A DNA stretch of 64,000 bases from Segeticoccus sp. (lineage in GTDB: Bacteria > Actinomycetota > Actinomycetes > Actinomycetales > Dermatophilaceae): positions 1,360 through 65,359 of the forward strand of contig DASSKF010000117.1 of assembly GCA_035690725.1 (NCBI GenBank). The letters run 5' to 3'. A program made the position numbers and the translations under genes. Below, piece after piece: positions 41,421 to 51,979 of the stretch (position 1 is its first letter; every line of letters begins with the position of its first letter). The notes beneath the pieces were generated by a model. That model ran no database searches. It was given only the letters and a program-made list of their open reading frames with translations, and was not told the DNA's origin.

Positions 41421-42173
41421 TCACGCCGGAATTCCGGGCTTTCGCGATGGGACGGGCTCGTCACGGTGGTCGCGTGCGGTTGCCTCGACCAGTTCCGGCC
41501 CGAGTGGCGATGCTCCGAAGGCGGTCGTGACGGTCACCGCGATCAGCAAGCCACCCAGGACGTCACTGAGCCAGTGCAGGCCGATGAACAGCAGCGAGAC
41601 CGACATGGCGGTCGTCACCGCAGCCACCGACACCCAAGCCCACCACCGCAACCCGCCACCCAGCAGGATCACGATGCCCACGAGGCAGAGCAGGGTGAAG
41701 GCCGCGTGACCCGACGGGTAGCTTCCGGCACCAGTGGCAGGAGCGCCCGAGGGATCCCCCCGGCCCACGACCAGCTTGGTCCCGACGACGACGACTCCGG
41801 TCGCGAGGACCGGGGCGAGGACGAGGACGACCGGTCGCCACGAGTGCCGCCGCCACCCGGACCAGCACGAGACCGCCAACAGGATCGGGACGAGCACGCG
41901 TGGCTGCAGTCCGTCCACGACGTTGCCGGTGATCGCCTGCGGGAGCCCCCACATCCCATCGGGGCGGAATACCTGGTAGGCCGCGGCGTCGAGGCCCTGG
42001 GTTCGCCCTGCCGAGACCAATGCCGTGAGGACGACGCAGGCGAGGGCAGCCGCGGCGGCGGTCGCGGCAAGAACGACACGGATCCGGCGCGACTCAGGCA
42101 GCCAGCCTCGGCCGTCTGACACTCTCCACCTCCAGGACAGGACGCAGGCGGGCCGAGAGCGGTACGGCTCCAT
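41421..42173 (-). CDS. PAP2 family phosphatase (candidate polyprenyl-diphosphate phosphatase)
   Basis: KLVVGRGDP, YPSGHAAF and GLHWLSDVLGG correspond to PAP2 motifs C1-C3. Start ATG 42173 chosen inside track ORF 41421..42377. Confidence 0.75.
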   Translation of the reverse strand: MEPYRSRPACVLSWRWRVSDGRGWLPESRRIRVVLAATAAAAALACVVLTALVSAGRTQGLDAAAYQVFRPDGMWGLPQAITGNVVDGLQPRVLVPILLAVSCWSGWRRHSWRPVVLVLAPVLATGVVVVGTKLVVGRGDPSGAPATGAGSYPSGHAAFTLLCLVGIVILLGGGLRWWAWVSVAAVTTAMSVSLLFIGLHWLSDVLGGLLIAVTVTTAFGASPLGPELVEATARDHRDEPVPSRKPGIPA

Positions 42174-42307
42174 CGGTGGGCACCAGTCTAGCCGCTCCGC
42201 GCCGGCCGAGGACGGGAACCGCGAAACCACCCATCCGTCAAGGGCGCTCGGTCTACGCTGACGGACGAGGGGTCGTCGCGAGCGAGTTCTGGAAGGTGGA
42301 ACAGCAG

Positions 42308-43285
42308 ATGAGGGGTCACCCGCGGCTGAGCATCGGACTGCCCGTATACAACGCCGAGCAGTACCTCGAGCAGTCACTGCGCGCCGTGCTCGGCCAGACG
42401 TTCGAGGACTTCGAGCTCATCATCTCGAGCAACGCCTCGACCGACGGGACCGACGAGATCTGCCGGGAGTACGCGCGCGAGGACTCCCGGGTCCGATTCC
42501 TCCGCCAGCCACAGAACATCGGGGCCTCGCCCAACCACAACTTCGTGTTCGACCAGTCCACGGCACCGCTGTTCAAGTGGGTGTCGGGCGACGACCTGTA
42601 TGCCCGAGACCTCCTCGGACGCTGCATCGCGATGCTCGACGACGACCCGGGACTGGTTCTCGCTCACTCGTGGACCGCCGCGATCGATGGCGAGGGCAGG
42701 CTCATCCAGGCGCTTCCCTACCCCCTGCTCACCGAGTGCCAGAGACCGGAGGAGCGGCTGCACAGCCTCCTGTTCGCGGGCGACGAGATGCCCGGTGCGA
42801 TCAGGGCGGACGACTTCTACGGTGTCATCCGCTCCGACGTGCTTCGCAAGGTCAAGCCGTTGGGGAGCTACTACCACTCGGACGTGACGTACATGGCCGA
42901 GCTCGCCCTGCACGGTCGATTCGGACTGGTCCCCGAGTGGTTGTACTTCCGCCGCCAGCACACCGGTCGGGCGCTCGAGGCGAACCCGACGGTCCGCTCC
43001 TGGTGCAGCAACCTCGATCCACGTCGCGCCGACCGCCTGCGGAACCCGACGGTCCGTCTCGTCGGCGAGTACGGCTGGGAGAACGTCGCACTGATCGGCC
43101 GCAGCGGACTCGGTCTTCCGGACAAGGTCCGCTGCTACCGGGTCATGGGGGAGTGGATGGCCAGCAGGGTGGTCCGTCGTGTCGTCGGACACCACGACGC
43201 GCGTGACGGCCGTCCCGAGCACGCCCTCGCCGACCCGCCGCTCTCGGTGCCCGACCTCGTGTCCGGGCAGCGGGAAGCCTCATGA
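42308..43285 (+). CDS. Glycosyltransferase family 2
   Basis: Start ATG 42308. LSIGLPVYNAEQYLEQSLRAVLGQTFEDFELIISSNASTDGT and VSGDDL (DXD). Confidence 0.85.
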   Translation: MRGHPRLSIGLPVYNAEQYLEQSLRAVLGQTFEDFELIISSNASTDGTDEICREYAREDSRVRFLRQPQNIGASPNHNFVFDQSTAPLFKWVSGDDLYARDLLGRCIAMLDDDPGLVLAHSWTAAIDGEGRLIQALPYPLLTECQRPEERLHSLLFAGDEMPGAIRADDFYGVIRSDVLRKVKPLGSYYHSDVTYMAELALHGRFGLVPEWLYFRRQHTGRALEANPTVRSWCSNLDPRRADRLRNPTVRLVGEYGWENVALIGRSGLGLPDKVRCYRVMGEWMASRVVRRVVGHHDARDGRPEHALADPPLSVPDLVSGQREAS

Positions 43286-44565
43286 AGGCTGCCCCACCTC
43301 GCGCGACGAAGCGGCCCCTGGCCACCATCCGGGTCGGCCTGTGGGGCCGGCTCGGTTCCGGAAACTATGGCAACGACGGCACGTTCGAGGCGCTCGTCGG
43401 CTTCCTGCAAGGTCACGTCCCCCAAGCGGGTCTGGACTGCCTCTGCACGGGCCCGGAGGTCGTGGCAGCCCGGTACGGCATGCCCGCCGCCGATCTCCAC
43501 TGGGATCACGGGGGCCACCCCGGTGGTCGAGGGCCTGCGGGCCTCCCGAGGAGGGTGCTGCGCATCGCCCTGGGAGCGCTCGTCGACGGCTCCCGGACCG
43601 TCCGGTGGGTGTCCCACCACTCGATGGTGATCGTGCCGGGGACCGGCATCTTGGAGGGTTCGCTGCCGGTCCGACCCTGGCAGGGGCCGTGGGTCCTGTT
43701 CTGCCTGTCGCTTGCCGGGCGCCTCCACCGCGTGCCGGTCGTCCTGCTGAGCGTCGGTGCGAGCCCCATCAGGGGGCGGCTGAGCCGCTGGCTGACTGTC
43801 GCCGCCACGCGCATGGCCACCCACCGAACCTACCGCGACGAGTACTCGCGGGACGTCATGCAGCAGATGGGCGCAGGCGCCGCGGCGGCTGACCGGGTCT
43901 TTCCCGACATGGCGTTCGCCCTGCCCCTTCCCCCGGCCCTGCCCGACACGGGAGACACGACCGTCGGCGTGGGCGTGATGGCGTGGTACGGCGCGAACAG
44001 CGACCGGCGCAGTCGAGAGGCGCTGCATGAGCGCTACGTCTCGGTGATCCGGGAGTTCCTCACCTGGCTGCTCACGTCGGGTTACCAGATCCGGTTGTTC
44101 ACCGGTGACGACGAGGACAACGCCGTGGCTGAGCGACTACGGGCCGACGTCCTCGGGCAGCTTCCCGATGCCGACACCCGGCGCATCGCCTTCGAACCGG
44201 TGTCCAGCCTCACTGACCTCATGGCGCAGGTCAGTGGTGTCCGGATCATGGTCGGGGCGCGCTACCACAACGTCGTCTGCGGCCTCCGCTGTGCCGTTCC
44301 CACCATCGCCACCGCCTACAGCGACAAGCACCGGGTCCTGATGGAGTCCTTCGAGCAGGGAGCCTTCTGCCTCGACATCCGCACGCTCGACGCGGCTGCG
44401 CTGAGGGACGCCTTCAGAGAGCTCGATCAGCAGCGGGCGCGCAGCCGCGCGCAGCTCCGGCGGGCGGCCACCAGTGCGAGCCAGGACGTGTTCTGCCAGT
44501 TCCAGGAACTCGCTGCCACCCTCCGCGTGGCTGACGGCGACGGTCGCCCGCCGGACGTGCCATGA
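43282..44565 (+). CDS. Polysaccharide pyruvyl transferase family protein
   Basis: RVGLWGRLGSGNYGNDGTFEAL and MVGARYHNVVCGLRCAVPTIATAYSDKH are typical of PS_pyruv_trans (WcaK/CsaB-like). 4-nt overlap with the GT2 stop. Confidence 0.75.
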   Translation: MKAAPPRATKRPLATIRVGLWGRLGSGNYGNDGTFEALVGFLQGHVPQAGLDCLCTGPEVVAARYGMPAADLHWDHGGHPGGRGPAGLPRRVLRIALGALVDGSRTVRWVSHHSMVIVPGTGILEGSLPVRPWQGPWVLFCLSLAGRLHRVPVVLLSVGASPIRGRLSRWLTVAATRMATHRTYRDEYSRDVMQQMGAGAAAADRVFPDMAFALPLPPALPDTGDTTVGVGVMAWYGANSDRRSREALHERYVSVIREFLTWLLTSGYQIRLFTGDDEDNAVAERLRADVLGQLPDADTRRIAFEPVSSLTDLMAQVSGVRIMVGARYHNVVCGLRCAVPTIATAYSDKHRVLMESFEQGAFCLDIRTLDAAALRDAFRELDQQRARSRAQLRRAATSASQDVFCQFQELAATLRVADGDGRPPDVP

Positions 44566-45884
44566 GGCCGGTGGCCCGGCGCGTCGTGCAGCTCACCCAC
44601 CTGCAGGCGCTCCGGCGACTCAGTTGGGGCATCGCCGACCAGGGGGTCTCCAGCGTCGAGAACTTCGTGCTCGGCATCTTCGTGGCCCACACTCTCGGTG
44701 CCGCCAGCCTGGGCGTCCTCGGGCTTGCCATGCTCACCTACGCGATCGTCGTCAATGCCTCGCGAGGAGTCTCGACCGACAGCCTCATGGTGAGGTTCAG
44801 CCACGCGCCACGCGATCGCTGGCGCGCCGCCACGGCAGAAGCGACCGGTACGGCGCTCGTCGTGGGGGCTGCCGCCGCCGTCCTGGTGTTCGCATCCGGA
44901 GTCATCCTGCACGTCACCATCGGCGGTTCCGACATGGGCACCGCCCTCATGGCGCTGGCCGTGGTCCTGCCGGGACTCACCCTCCAGGACAGCTGGCGCT
45001 ATGCCTTCTTCGCGGCGGGTGAGGGCGGGAAGAGCTTCGCCAACGACGCAGTGTGGACCGTGCTGCTCTTTGCGACGCTTCCCGCGCTGCAGCACGCGAG
45101 CGTCGAGTTCGTGGTGCTCGCGTACGGCGCCACCGGGTCGTTGGCCGCCGTCTACGGCACGTGGCAGGCGCGCGTCCTTCCCAGGCCCGCGTCGACCATG
45201 CGGTGGCTGCGGCGGACTCGGGACCTCGGTCCCCGCTTCATGATGGAGAACGTCACCCTGGGAGCCGGCGGCTCCGTGCGTTCCTACACGGTCGCCGCAA
45301 CGAGCGGCCTGGCAGCCGTTGGCGGTGTCCGCGGAGCCGAGATGCTCATGGGCCCCATCGTCGCGCTGCTCATGGGGATCGCCCAGGTGGCCGTCCCCGA
45401 GGCCGCACAAGGCCTCGCACGCGGACGCGCGACCTTCCGCATCGTCTGCCTTCGGCTGAGCCTCGGCCTGGCAGCAGTCTCTGCAGTGTGGGGAGCCATC
45501 ATCCTCATCGTCTTTCCGTGGGGCATCGGTCCGCTGCTGCTCGGCACCGTGTGGCCGGGAGCTCAAGGACTGATGCTGGCGGTCGTCGTGGCTGCGACGT
45601 TCGGCTGCCTCACCATTGGGCCGTCCGCCGGACTCCGTGCGCTCGGGCGGGCCGACAAGACCCTCCCGTCGCAGCTGGTGGCGACGGGACTGACCGTCGC
45701 GTTCGGCACCGCGGGGGCCGTCATCGACGGCGCCTACGGGATGGTCTGGGGGACCGCGCTGGCGTCCGTCCTCGCGAGCATCTTCTGGTGGTACCAGCTC
45801 CGTCTCGCCTATCGGCACCACTTCTCGCACGAGGCGGCTGGACCGAGCATGCCCCTCCAGCCTTCCGCCGACGCGGCACGGTGA
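44562..45884 (+). CDS. Oligosaccharide flippase (Wzx-like, MOP superfamily)
   Basis: 440 aa with 10 or more hydrophobic segments. N-terminus LSWGIADQGVSSVENFVLGIFVA is typical of polysaccharide biosynthesis/export proteins. Overlaps its neighbours by 4 nt. Confidence 0.7.
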   Translation: MRPVARRVVQLTHLQALRRLSWGIADQGVSSVENFVLGIFVAHTLGAASLGVLGLAMLTYAIVVNASRGVSTDSLMVRFSHAPRDRWRAATAEATGTALVVGAAAAVLVFASGVILHVTIGGSDMGTALMALAVVLPGLTLQDSWRYAFFAAGEGGKSFANDAVWTVLLFATLPALQHASVEFVVLAYGATGSLAAVYGTWQARVLPRPASTMRWLRRTRDLGPRFMMENVTLGAGGSVRSYTVAATSGLAAVGGVRGAEMLMGPIVALLMGIAQVAVPEAAQGLARGRATFRIVCLRLSLGLAAVSAVWGAIILIVFPWGIGPLLLGTVWPGAQGLMLAVVVAATFGCLTIGPSAGLRALGRADKTLPSQLVATGLTVAFGTAGAVIDGAYGMVWGTALASVLASIFWWYQLRLAYRHHFSHEAAGPSMPLQPSADAAR

Positions 45885-46526
45885 CCGGCTCCGACCTTCT
45901 CCAAAACTGGCGCCGGAGACCCGCCGAGTGTCTTCGAGGTCGCACACAGCCTGCGGCAACCCCCACGGGCCCTCGTCAGGCCCGCGCTCCGCTGGAGCGG
46001 CTGACCGGCCTCCGGTTCTTCGCGGCCGTGATGGTGGTTGTCCACCACTGCACGCTGGGTCCCACGCCTTCTTCGTACTGTCCGGATTCGTGCTCGCCTG
46101 GTCGGGGACCCCTGACCTACCTGCCCGTTACTTCTACGGTCGTCGCTTCGCGCGCATCTACCCGACACACGGCGTCACGATTCTCGCCGCGCTGCTGCTC
46201 AGTGCTGCCGTCGGCCTGACGACAGGGGTCGGTCCGCTCGTGACCAGCGTCTGGCTGACGCAAGCATGGGTGCCCATCTCCCCGTACACCGAGCAGCTCA
46301 ACAACGTGTCGTGGTCGTTGGCACCCGGAAACTGCTGGAAACCTGCTCTACAAGTTCCCTGCGTTCCGGGTCGGTGAGTTCCTCATCGGGGTCGCCGTCG
46401 GCCTCCTGGTCAGGAGTGGATGGCGTTCTCCGGTTGGCCTGAAACTGGCCGGTGGCTTGGTGATCACCGCCTACCTGACGCTGGCCGGCACTAGGACGCC
46501 GGCCCGCTCGATTCGATTCGGCTGGA
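45881..46526 (+). pseudogene. Acyltransferase family 3 (OafA/YrhL-like O-acyltransferase) remnant, two frameshifts and 3' truncation
   Basis: Frame A from GTG 45881: ERLTGLRFFAAVMVVVHHC. Frame B: HAFFVLSGFVLAWSG...YGRRFARIYPTHG...WLTQAWVP...NVSWSLA. Frame A again: NLLYKFPAFRVGEFLIGVAVGLLV. The gene then runs into the convergent acetyltransferase gene at about half the usual family length. Confidence 0.6.
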
Positions 46527-47204
46527 TCAGGTGTGCTGACGCCCGTCGAGGCGCCGACAGACTCGCGCGGGAGCCCCGACAGCAACACAGAACGGCGGGA
46601 TGTCACGGGTGACCACGGAGTTCGCGCCGACGACGCTTCGGCGTCCGATCCTGACTCCACTCGTCACCACGACGTGAGCGCCGAGCCAGACGTTGTCCTC
46701 GATGACAGTCGGGCCCTTGCACGTCATCCCCTGGTCGGGGACAGGCGTGTCCACGTCCGAGAAGACGTGGTTGCCGTCGGTGATGTAGGTACCGGGTCCG
46801 ATCAGTACGTGGTCGCCGATGGTCACGTGCCTCTCCGCGCTGGCTGACGCACCGAGGTTCATGGTCACGTCCTGACCGATCAGCATCCGGCCGTCACCCT
46901 CGCACCTGATGTGCACGTTGGCCCCCAGAAAGGTGCCGCGTCCGAGCATCAGCTGGCCCGTGCGCAGCATGTCCAGCACATTGCCGTGCAGGGGCCTTCG
47001 CGCGAAGACGCCGCGACGGAGCAGCGCCGCTCGAAGAAGGGCACGCTCCCACGGGAGCCTTCCCTTCTCGTACCTCTTGAGGCTGCGGATCCGCTCTCGC
47101 AGCTCCCGTCGGCTCGGCCAGCCCGTACCCGTTACCGTGACGAATCCGGGAATGTCCTCAGTGGGCCATCTCGGAGTCGACCCCGTGGCCCCAACAGGCA
47201 TCAC
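46527..47204 (-). CDS. Hexapeptide-repeat (LbH) sugar O-acetyltransferase
   Basis: Left-handed beta-helix repeats: IGDHVLIGPGTYITDGNH, IEDNVWLGAHVVVTSGVRIGRRSVVGANSVVTRDIPPFCVAVGAPAR. Confidence 0.8.
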   Translation of the reverse strand: MMPVGATGSTPRWPTEDIPGFVTVTGTGWPSRRELRERIRSLKRYEKGRLPWERALLRAALLRRGVFARRPLHGNVLDMLRTGQLMLGRGTFLGANVHIRCEGDGRMLIGQDVTMNLGASASAERHVTIGDHVLIGPGTYITDGNHVFSDVDTPVPDQGMTCKGPTVIEDNVWLGAHVVVTSGVRIGRRSVVGANSVVTRDIPPFCVAVGAPARVCRRLDGRQHT

Positions 47205-48433
47205 AGGACCTCGAGTTCGGGGAGGGCGACAACGAGCTTCCCTCCCCAGGAGCGCACATCCGCCAGTTGCGCGGCGATCTCGTCACGAAGGTTCCACGGC
47301 ATGATCAGCACGTAGTCCGGCCGCGCGGGGGCCAACTCATCCACGGGACGGATGGGGATGTGGCTGCCGGGCAGGAACCTCCCATGCTTGAAGGGGTTCC
47401 GGTCCACGGCGAAGTTGATGAGGTCCGGCCGAATGCCACAGAAGTTCAGGAGTGTGTTGCCCTTGCCGGGCGCTCCGTACGCCACCACCTTCTCGCCACG
47501 CCGGCTGCAGCCGATGAGGAACTCGAGCAGGTCGTTGCGAGCCCTCGCCACTTGGTCCGCGAAGCCCTGGTGGCCCTGCACGGTGTGCAGTCCTGCGGCC
47601 GCCTCGTCAGCGAGCACCTGTTCGACCGCTTGGGACGGACGGGGGGCGGCCTCGCTCGGTGCCGACCACGTCCGCAACGAGCCTCCGTGGGTCGCGAGCT
47701 CCTCCACGTCCACGACGGTCAGGCCGGCCGCCGCCAGCACCCGCTGCGTCGTCAACAACGACAAGTACGAGTAGTGCTCATGGTAGATGGTGTCGAACTC
47801 GTTTCCATCGATGAGGCGCAGCAGGTGTGGGATCTCGATGCTGACGCGACCGGTGTCGCTGACCAGGGCCCGCAAGCCCCTGGCAAAGTCGACGATGTCC
47901 GGAACGTGTGCCAGGACATTGTTCGCCACGACCACGTCGGCCGGTCCGTGCGCGGCCGCCACCTTCGACCCGGTCTCCTCCCCCAGGAACATCACCTCGG
48001 TGGGCACGCCCTTCAGGCGAGCCGCTTCCGCGACGTTCGCCGCCGGCTCTATCCCCAGGCAGCGGATGCCCCGCGCGACGACGTGTTGCAGGAGGTAGCC
48101 GTCGTTGCTGGCCACCTCCACGACGAACGACTCGGGCCCCAGACCCAGGCGCTCGACGGCGTTGTCGACGTACTTGCGAGCATGGTTGATCCACGAGTCG
48201 CTGAACGAGGAGAAGTAGGCGTAGTGGCTGAAGATCTCCTCGCCCGACATGTAGGCGGGCAGCTGCACGAGCAGGCACGAGTCGCAGATGCGGACGTGGA
48301 GAGGGTAGAACACCTCGCCCTTGTCCAGCTCGTCCACCTGCAGGTACGTCTCACAGGGCGGGGAGACACCGAGGTCGACGAAGGTGGTGCGGAGCTCGGC
48401 CCCACAGAGGCGGCAGACCGGGTTCGTCGACAT
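47201..48433 (-). CDS. NDP-sugar C-methyltransferase-like class I SAM methyltransferase
   Basis: Zn-ribbon CRLCGAEL...RICDSCLLVQL, SAM motif VVEVASNDGYLL, and the C-methyltransferase C-terminal domain (VVAYGAPGKGNTLLNFCGI). Confidence 0.8.
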   Translation of the reverse strand: MSTNPVCRLCGAELRTTFVDLGVSPPCETYLQVDELDKGEVFYPLHVRICDSCLLVQLPAYMSGEEIFSHYAYFSSFSDSWINHARKYVDNAVERLGLGPESFVVEVASNDGYLLQHVVARGIRCLGIEPAANVAEAARLKGVPTEVMFLGEETGSKVAAAHGPADVVVANNVLAHVPDIVDFARGLRALVSDTGRVSIEIPHLLRLIDGNEFDTIYHEHYSYLSLLTTQRVLAAAGLTVVDVEELATHGGSLRTWSAPSEAAPRPSQAVEQVLADEAAAGLHTVQGHQGFADQVARARNDLLEFLIGCSRRGEKVVAYGAPGKGNTLLNFCGIRPDLINFAVDRNPFKHGRFLPGSHIPIRPVDELAPARPDYVLIMPWNLRDEIAAQLADVRSWGGKLVVALPELEVL

Positions 48434-49467
48434 CAGCTCGCCTCCACCGTCGGTCGCCGGAGCTCGCCATCGAGGTCCCCCGACGCGATCAGCTCACGCA
48501 CCCGGTTGAGGCGCACGTAGCGCGGACCACCCCAGTCACCCGCCGTGAGCTCGAACCGCTCCATGTCACCGGCCAACTCGGCCACTCCCGCCCGGAACGT
48601 CCATTGCGGGGCGAACTCGGGGAGGCGGGAGGCGATCTTGGCGAAGCTGACACGGTAGTCCCGTGAGTCGGGCCCCGCTCCGTCAGCGAACGTCACTGGC
48701 GCGTCCATGTACTGGGCGACCGCCTCTGCCACATCTCGGATCTGGACGACGTCCTCGTCGTGTCCGACGTTGAACGCCTCGTCGTGGACGAGCTTCCGAT
48801 CTGCGTGGAGCACCGCGAGGAAGGCGCGCGAGATGTCGGCGATGTGGACCAGAGGCCGCCAGGGGGTGCCGTCGGAGTTCAGGCGCACCTGTCGCTGCGT
48901 GAAGGCACTTCCCGTCAGGTTGTTCACGACCACGTCGGCCCGTAGGCGCGGCGACGAGCCGTACGCCGTGGCATTACGCAGGTAGGTCGGGCTGAAGGAG
49001 TTGTCCGCGAGGGCGGAGAGGGCGCGCTCCGCCATCACCTTGCTTTCCCCGTACGGAGTCACCGGGTTGAAGGGCGAATCCTCATTCACGGCGCTGTCAC
49101 CGGCAGCACCGTAGAGGGAGCAGGACGAGGAGAAGAGGAACCGGGGGACGCCGGCCGCCTTCGCAGCCTTCGCCATGGCCTCCGCTCCCCCCACGTTGAC
49201 CGAGTACGTCGCGTTCGGGTTGAGGTGCCCGATCGGGTCGTTGGAGATGGCAGCGAGGTGGACGACGGCATCGAAGCCCACGAGGGAAGAGGGGGCGACG
49301 TCGCGCACGTCCCCGGTCCACTGCTCGTAACCACTCGTCGGGGGGCCGAAGTCGCAGCCGTCGTACCAGCCTGCATCCAATCCCACCACGTCGTGGCCGA
49401 CCGCTTGGAACACCGGAACGAGCACCTGACCGATGTAGCCCCGGTCCCCCGTCACGAGTACGCGCAT
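48433..49467 (-). CDS. NAD-dependent sugar epimerase/dehydratase (SDR)
   Basis: Start ATG 49467. [12 protein letters not shown] (GxxGxxG) and YGESK (YxxxK). Confidence 0.85.
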   Translation of the reverse strand: MRVLVTGDRGYIGQVLVPVFQAVGHDVVGLDAGWYDGCDFGPPTSGYEQWTGDVRDVAPSSLVGFDAVVHLAAISNDPIGHLNPNATYSVNVGGAEAMAKAAKAAGVPRFLFSSSCSLYGAAGDSAVNEDSPFNPVTPYGESKVMAERALSALADNSFSPTYLRNATAYGSSPRLRADVVVNNLTGSAFTQRQVRLNSDGTPWRPLVHIADISRAFLAVLHADRKLVHDEAFNVGHDEDVVQIRDVAEAVAQYMDAPVTFADGAGPDSRDYRVSFAKIASRLPEFAPQWTFRAGVAELAGDMERFELTAGDWGGPRYVRLNRVRELIASGDLDGELRRPTVEAS

Positions 49468-49583
49468 GTCTCTACCCCTCTCCGAGTCAGCTTCATGTTC
49501 GCAGTTCCGCCCCCGTCGCACAGGCGCTTTGGTGAGAATGCCGGCGAGGACCCGTCGCAGGGGACCCGTCCGGAGGTAGCGTC

Positions 49584-50771
49584 GTGCACGTGGGCAACCC
49601 GGAGGCCGCGCTCGCCATCGCGACCATCATGCGCGAGACCGGGGGCTCTGGGGTCCAGAGCCATGTCGCGACACTCCGTCGGCACGTCGCGGGCACCCGC
49701 CGTCCATCGGCCCTGGTCACGCCGTTCTCCTCCGGATCGCCGCTCGTGGCACCGGTCTTCGGAGTTCGACGACTGGTCGAGCGTGTCGACGGCGACAGCG
49801 GCGTCTGGTGGTATCGACGGTGGCACGGTCACTACCTGGCACAGGCTCTCCGTGAGTCGCTGTCGAGCGCACCGTCGCCGGCCGTGATCTACGCCCAGTG
49901 CCCGGTTGCGGCCGACGCAGCCCTCCGCGTCCGGTCCAACGAACCCGTCGTGATGGCCGTGCACTTCAACATCTCGCAGGCCGACGAATGGGTCGACAAG
50001 GGACAGATCCGTCGAGACGGAAGCCTGTACCACTCGATCCGACGGTTCGAGGTGGAGGTCCTGTCCCGACTCGACGGGCTCGTCCACGTATCGGAGTTCA
50101 TGCGGTCCGTCCTCGAGGAGCGCATTCCCGCCGTCCGAGACGTGCCGAGTCAGGTGATCCCGAACTGTGTCGGGCTGTCGCCACGGCCGACCACCCCGCC
50201 GACTCGTGACCTGGTCACGGTCGGATCCCTCGAGCCGCGCAAGAACCACGGCTACCTGCTCGAGGTGCTGGCGCTGGCTGCGGCTCGTGGACACCGGTAC
50301 ACCCTGACGGTCGTGGGAGATGGTCCCGATCGCGGCTTCCTGCGGTCACGAGCCCGTGCTCTCGGCGTGGACGACCTCGTGCACTTCGCGGGTCACCAAC
50401 ACGATGTGCCCGCTGTCCTGGCGCGCCACCGGCTCTACTGCCACGTGTCACGTATGGAGAGTTTCGGTATTGCCGTCGCCGAGGCCATGGCTGTGGGCCT
50501 GCCGGTCCTGGCGGCGCCTGTCGGGGGCGTGCCTGAGGTCGTGCGAGCCCTCGGGGCCGACGGGACGTGGCCGTTGGACCGGGCCTCGGAGGCCGCGGAG
50601 CGTCTGGTCCGCCTGATGTCGGACCCGAGCCGCCGTGCACGAATGGGCCGGGTCGCCCGGACGACGGCGCAGGAACGCTTCTCCAGCGAGGTCCAGGTCC
50701 CTCGGCTGCTCCAGTTCCTGGACATGGTCCGCGCCGGCCACGGGAGCACGCGGCCACGTCCTCACCGCTGA
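49584..50771 (+). CDS. Glycosyltransferase family 4 (GT-B)
   Basis: GTG 49584 after [22 protein letters not shown] and the EX7E region [22 protein letters not shown]. Confidence 0.85.
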   Translation: MHVGNPEAALAIATIMRETGGSGVQSHVATLRRHVAGTRRPSALVTPFSSGSPLVAPVFGVRRLVERVDGDSGVWWYRRWHGHYLAQALRESLSSAPSPAVIYAQCPVAADAALRVRSNEPVVMAVHFNISQADEWVDKGQIRRDGSLYHSIRRFEVEVLSRLDGLVHVSEFMRSVLEERIPAVRDVPSQVIPNCVGLSPRPTTPPTRDLVTVGSLEPRKNHGYLLEVLALAAARGHRYTLTVVGDGPDRGFLRSRARALGVDDLVHFAGHQHDVPAVLARHRLYCHVSRMESFGIAVAEAMAVGLPVLAAPVGGVPEVVRALGADGTWPLDRASEAAERLVRLMSDPSRRARMGRVARTTAQERFSSEVQVPRLLQFLDMVRAGHGSTRPRPHR

Positions 50772-51979
50772 CGTGCCACCTCCTCCCGGTCCAGCGGGTT
50801 CGTGCTCACGAAGCGGTAGATGTCCAGCAGTCGCGCCACGTTGTCCTCCGGGCTGAAGCGGTGGTGGTAGGACGATCGAGCACGCTCCCCGATGGCGACG
50901 GCTCCCCAGGGGTCGCGGTCGATGTGCGCCAGTTCGCGTGCGAGCGCCGATCGGTCACCCGCGCGGAAGAGCACGCCGTCCACCCGGTCGTTGATGAGCT
51001 CGGGGAACGACCCGCTGGCGGGAGCGACCGGAGCCACCCCCGCGGCCATGGCCTCGACGGCCACGAGGCCGAATGTCTCCTCCCACTGGGACGGGACCAC
51101 CGCCGCCAAGGACCGTGACAACAGGGTTTGCGCGTCGGTCCGCGGCAGGAGGCCCGCCACGGTGACCGTCCCGTGTCGCTCAGCCCAGCTGCGCACCTGC
51201 GACTCCAGCGGGCCACCTCCCGCAATCACGAGTTGCAGCCTGCTGTCCACGTTCTGGGACCGGAACAGGTCCCAGGAACGCATCAGGAGCGGGAGGCCCT
51301 TGGCGGCATCCAGGCGTCCCACATAGGCAACGCGGTGCTCGCGACTCAGCTCGGGTTCCGGCCCGGGCGGGACGAAGTTGTGCTTGACGAAGACGCGGTC
51401 CGCAGGAAGTTCGAGAGCGGCCATGAGCTCACGTTGCGCGGCCGAGACGAAGATGTAGGCCGACACGAGGTGCCGCCAGGCCTGACGGTTGATGGCGTTG
51501 CCGAGGACGACCGGCAGCGTCGCCGCCCGAGACCCTCGGTAGCAGCCGTGGATCAGCCCGGGCAGCCCGGAGCCGCGCGCGCAGGCGTGACACGGCGCTC
51601 CCTCACGGAAGAAGTCCCCGCTGGCACACAGCAGCTTGTAGTTGTGCAACGTGACGACCACCGGGACACCGACGTCCCGACACGCATACAGCACCGATGC
51701 GCTGAGCAACGGAAAGGTGTTGTGGATGTGGACGACGTCCGGGCGGTCTGCCTCGAGGGACCGGACCAGTTCACGGCGCACCTGTTCGTCCCAGATGCTA
51801 CGGACGGGAAGTCCGGCCTTGCGCTGCAGCGACCACGTCGCGATGTCGTCGCTGCGCCGCTCGAAGTGTGCCACGTGGTGCCCGGCGGCACGGAGCTGCT
51901 CAGCCTCCTGGTCGACGACGTGGTTCTCACCGCTCGGAGCCTCGGAGCGGTAGCGACCGTGCACGAGCAGCACCTTCAC
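50762..51979 (-). CDS. Glycosyltransferase family 4 (GT-B)
   Basis: MKVLLVHGRY...VVHIHNTFPLL and the EX7E region WEETFGLVAVEAMAAGVAPVA. Its GTG overlaps the upstream stop (GTGA). Confidence 0.85.
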   Translation of the reverse strand: MKVLLVHGRYRSEAPSGENHVVDQEAEQLRAAGHHVAHFERRSDDIATWSLQRKAGLPVRSIWDEQVRRELVRSLEADRPDVVHIHNTFPLLSASVLYACRDVGVPVVVTLHNYKLLCASGDFFREGAPCHACARGSGLPGLIHGCYRGSRAATLPVVLGNAINRQAWRHLVSAYIFVSAAQRELMAALELPADRVFVKHNFVPPGPEPELSREHRVAYVGRLDAAKGLPLLMRSWDLFRSQNVDSRLQLVIAGGGPLESQVRSWAERHGTVTVAGLLPRTDAQTLLSRSLAAVVPSQWEETFGLVAVEAMAAGVAPVAPASGSFPELINDRVDGVLFRAGDRSALARELAHIDRDPWGAVAIGERARSSYHHRFSPEDNVARLLDIYRFVSTNPLDREEVARQR

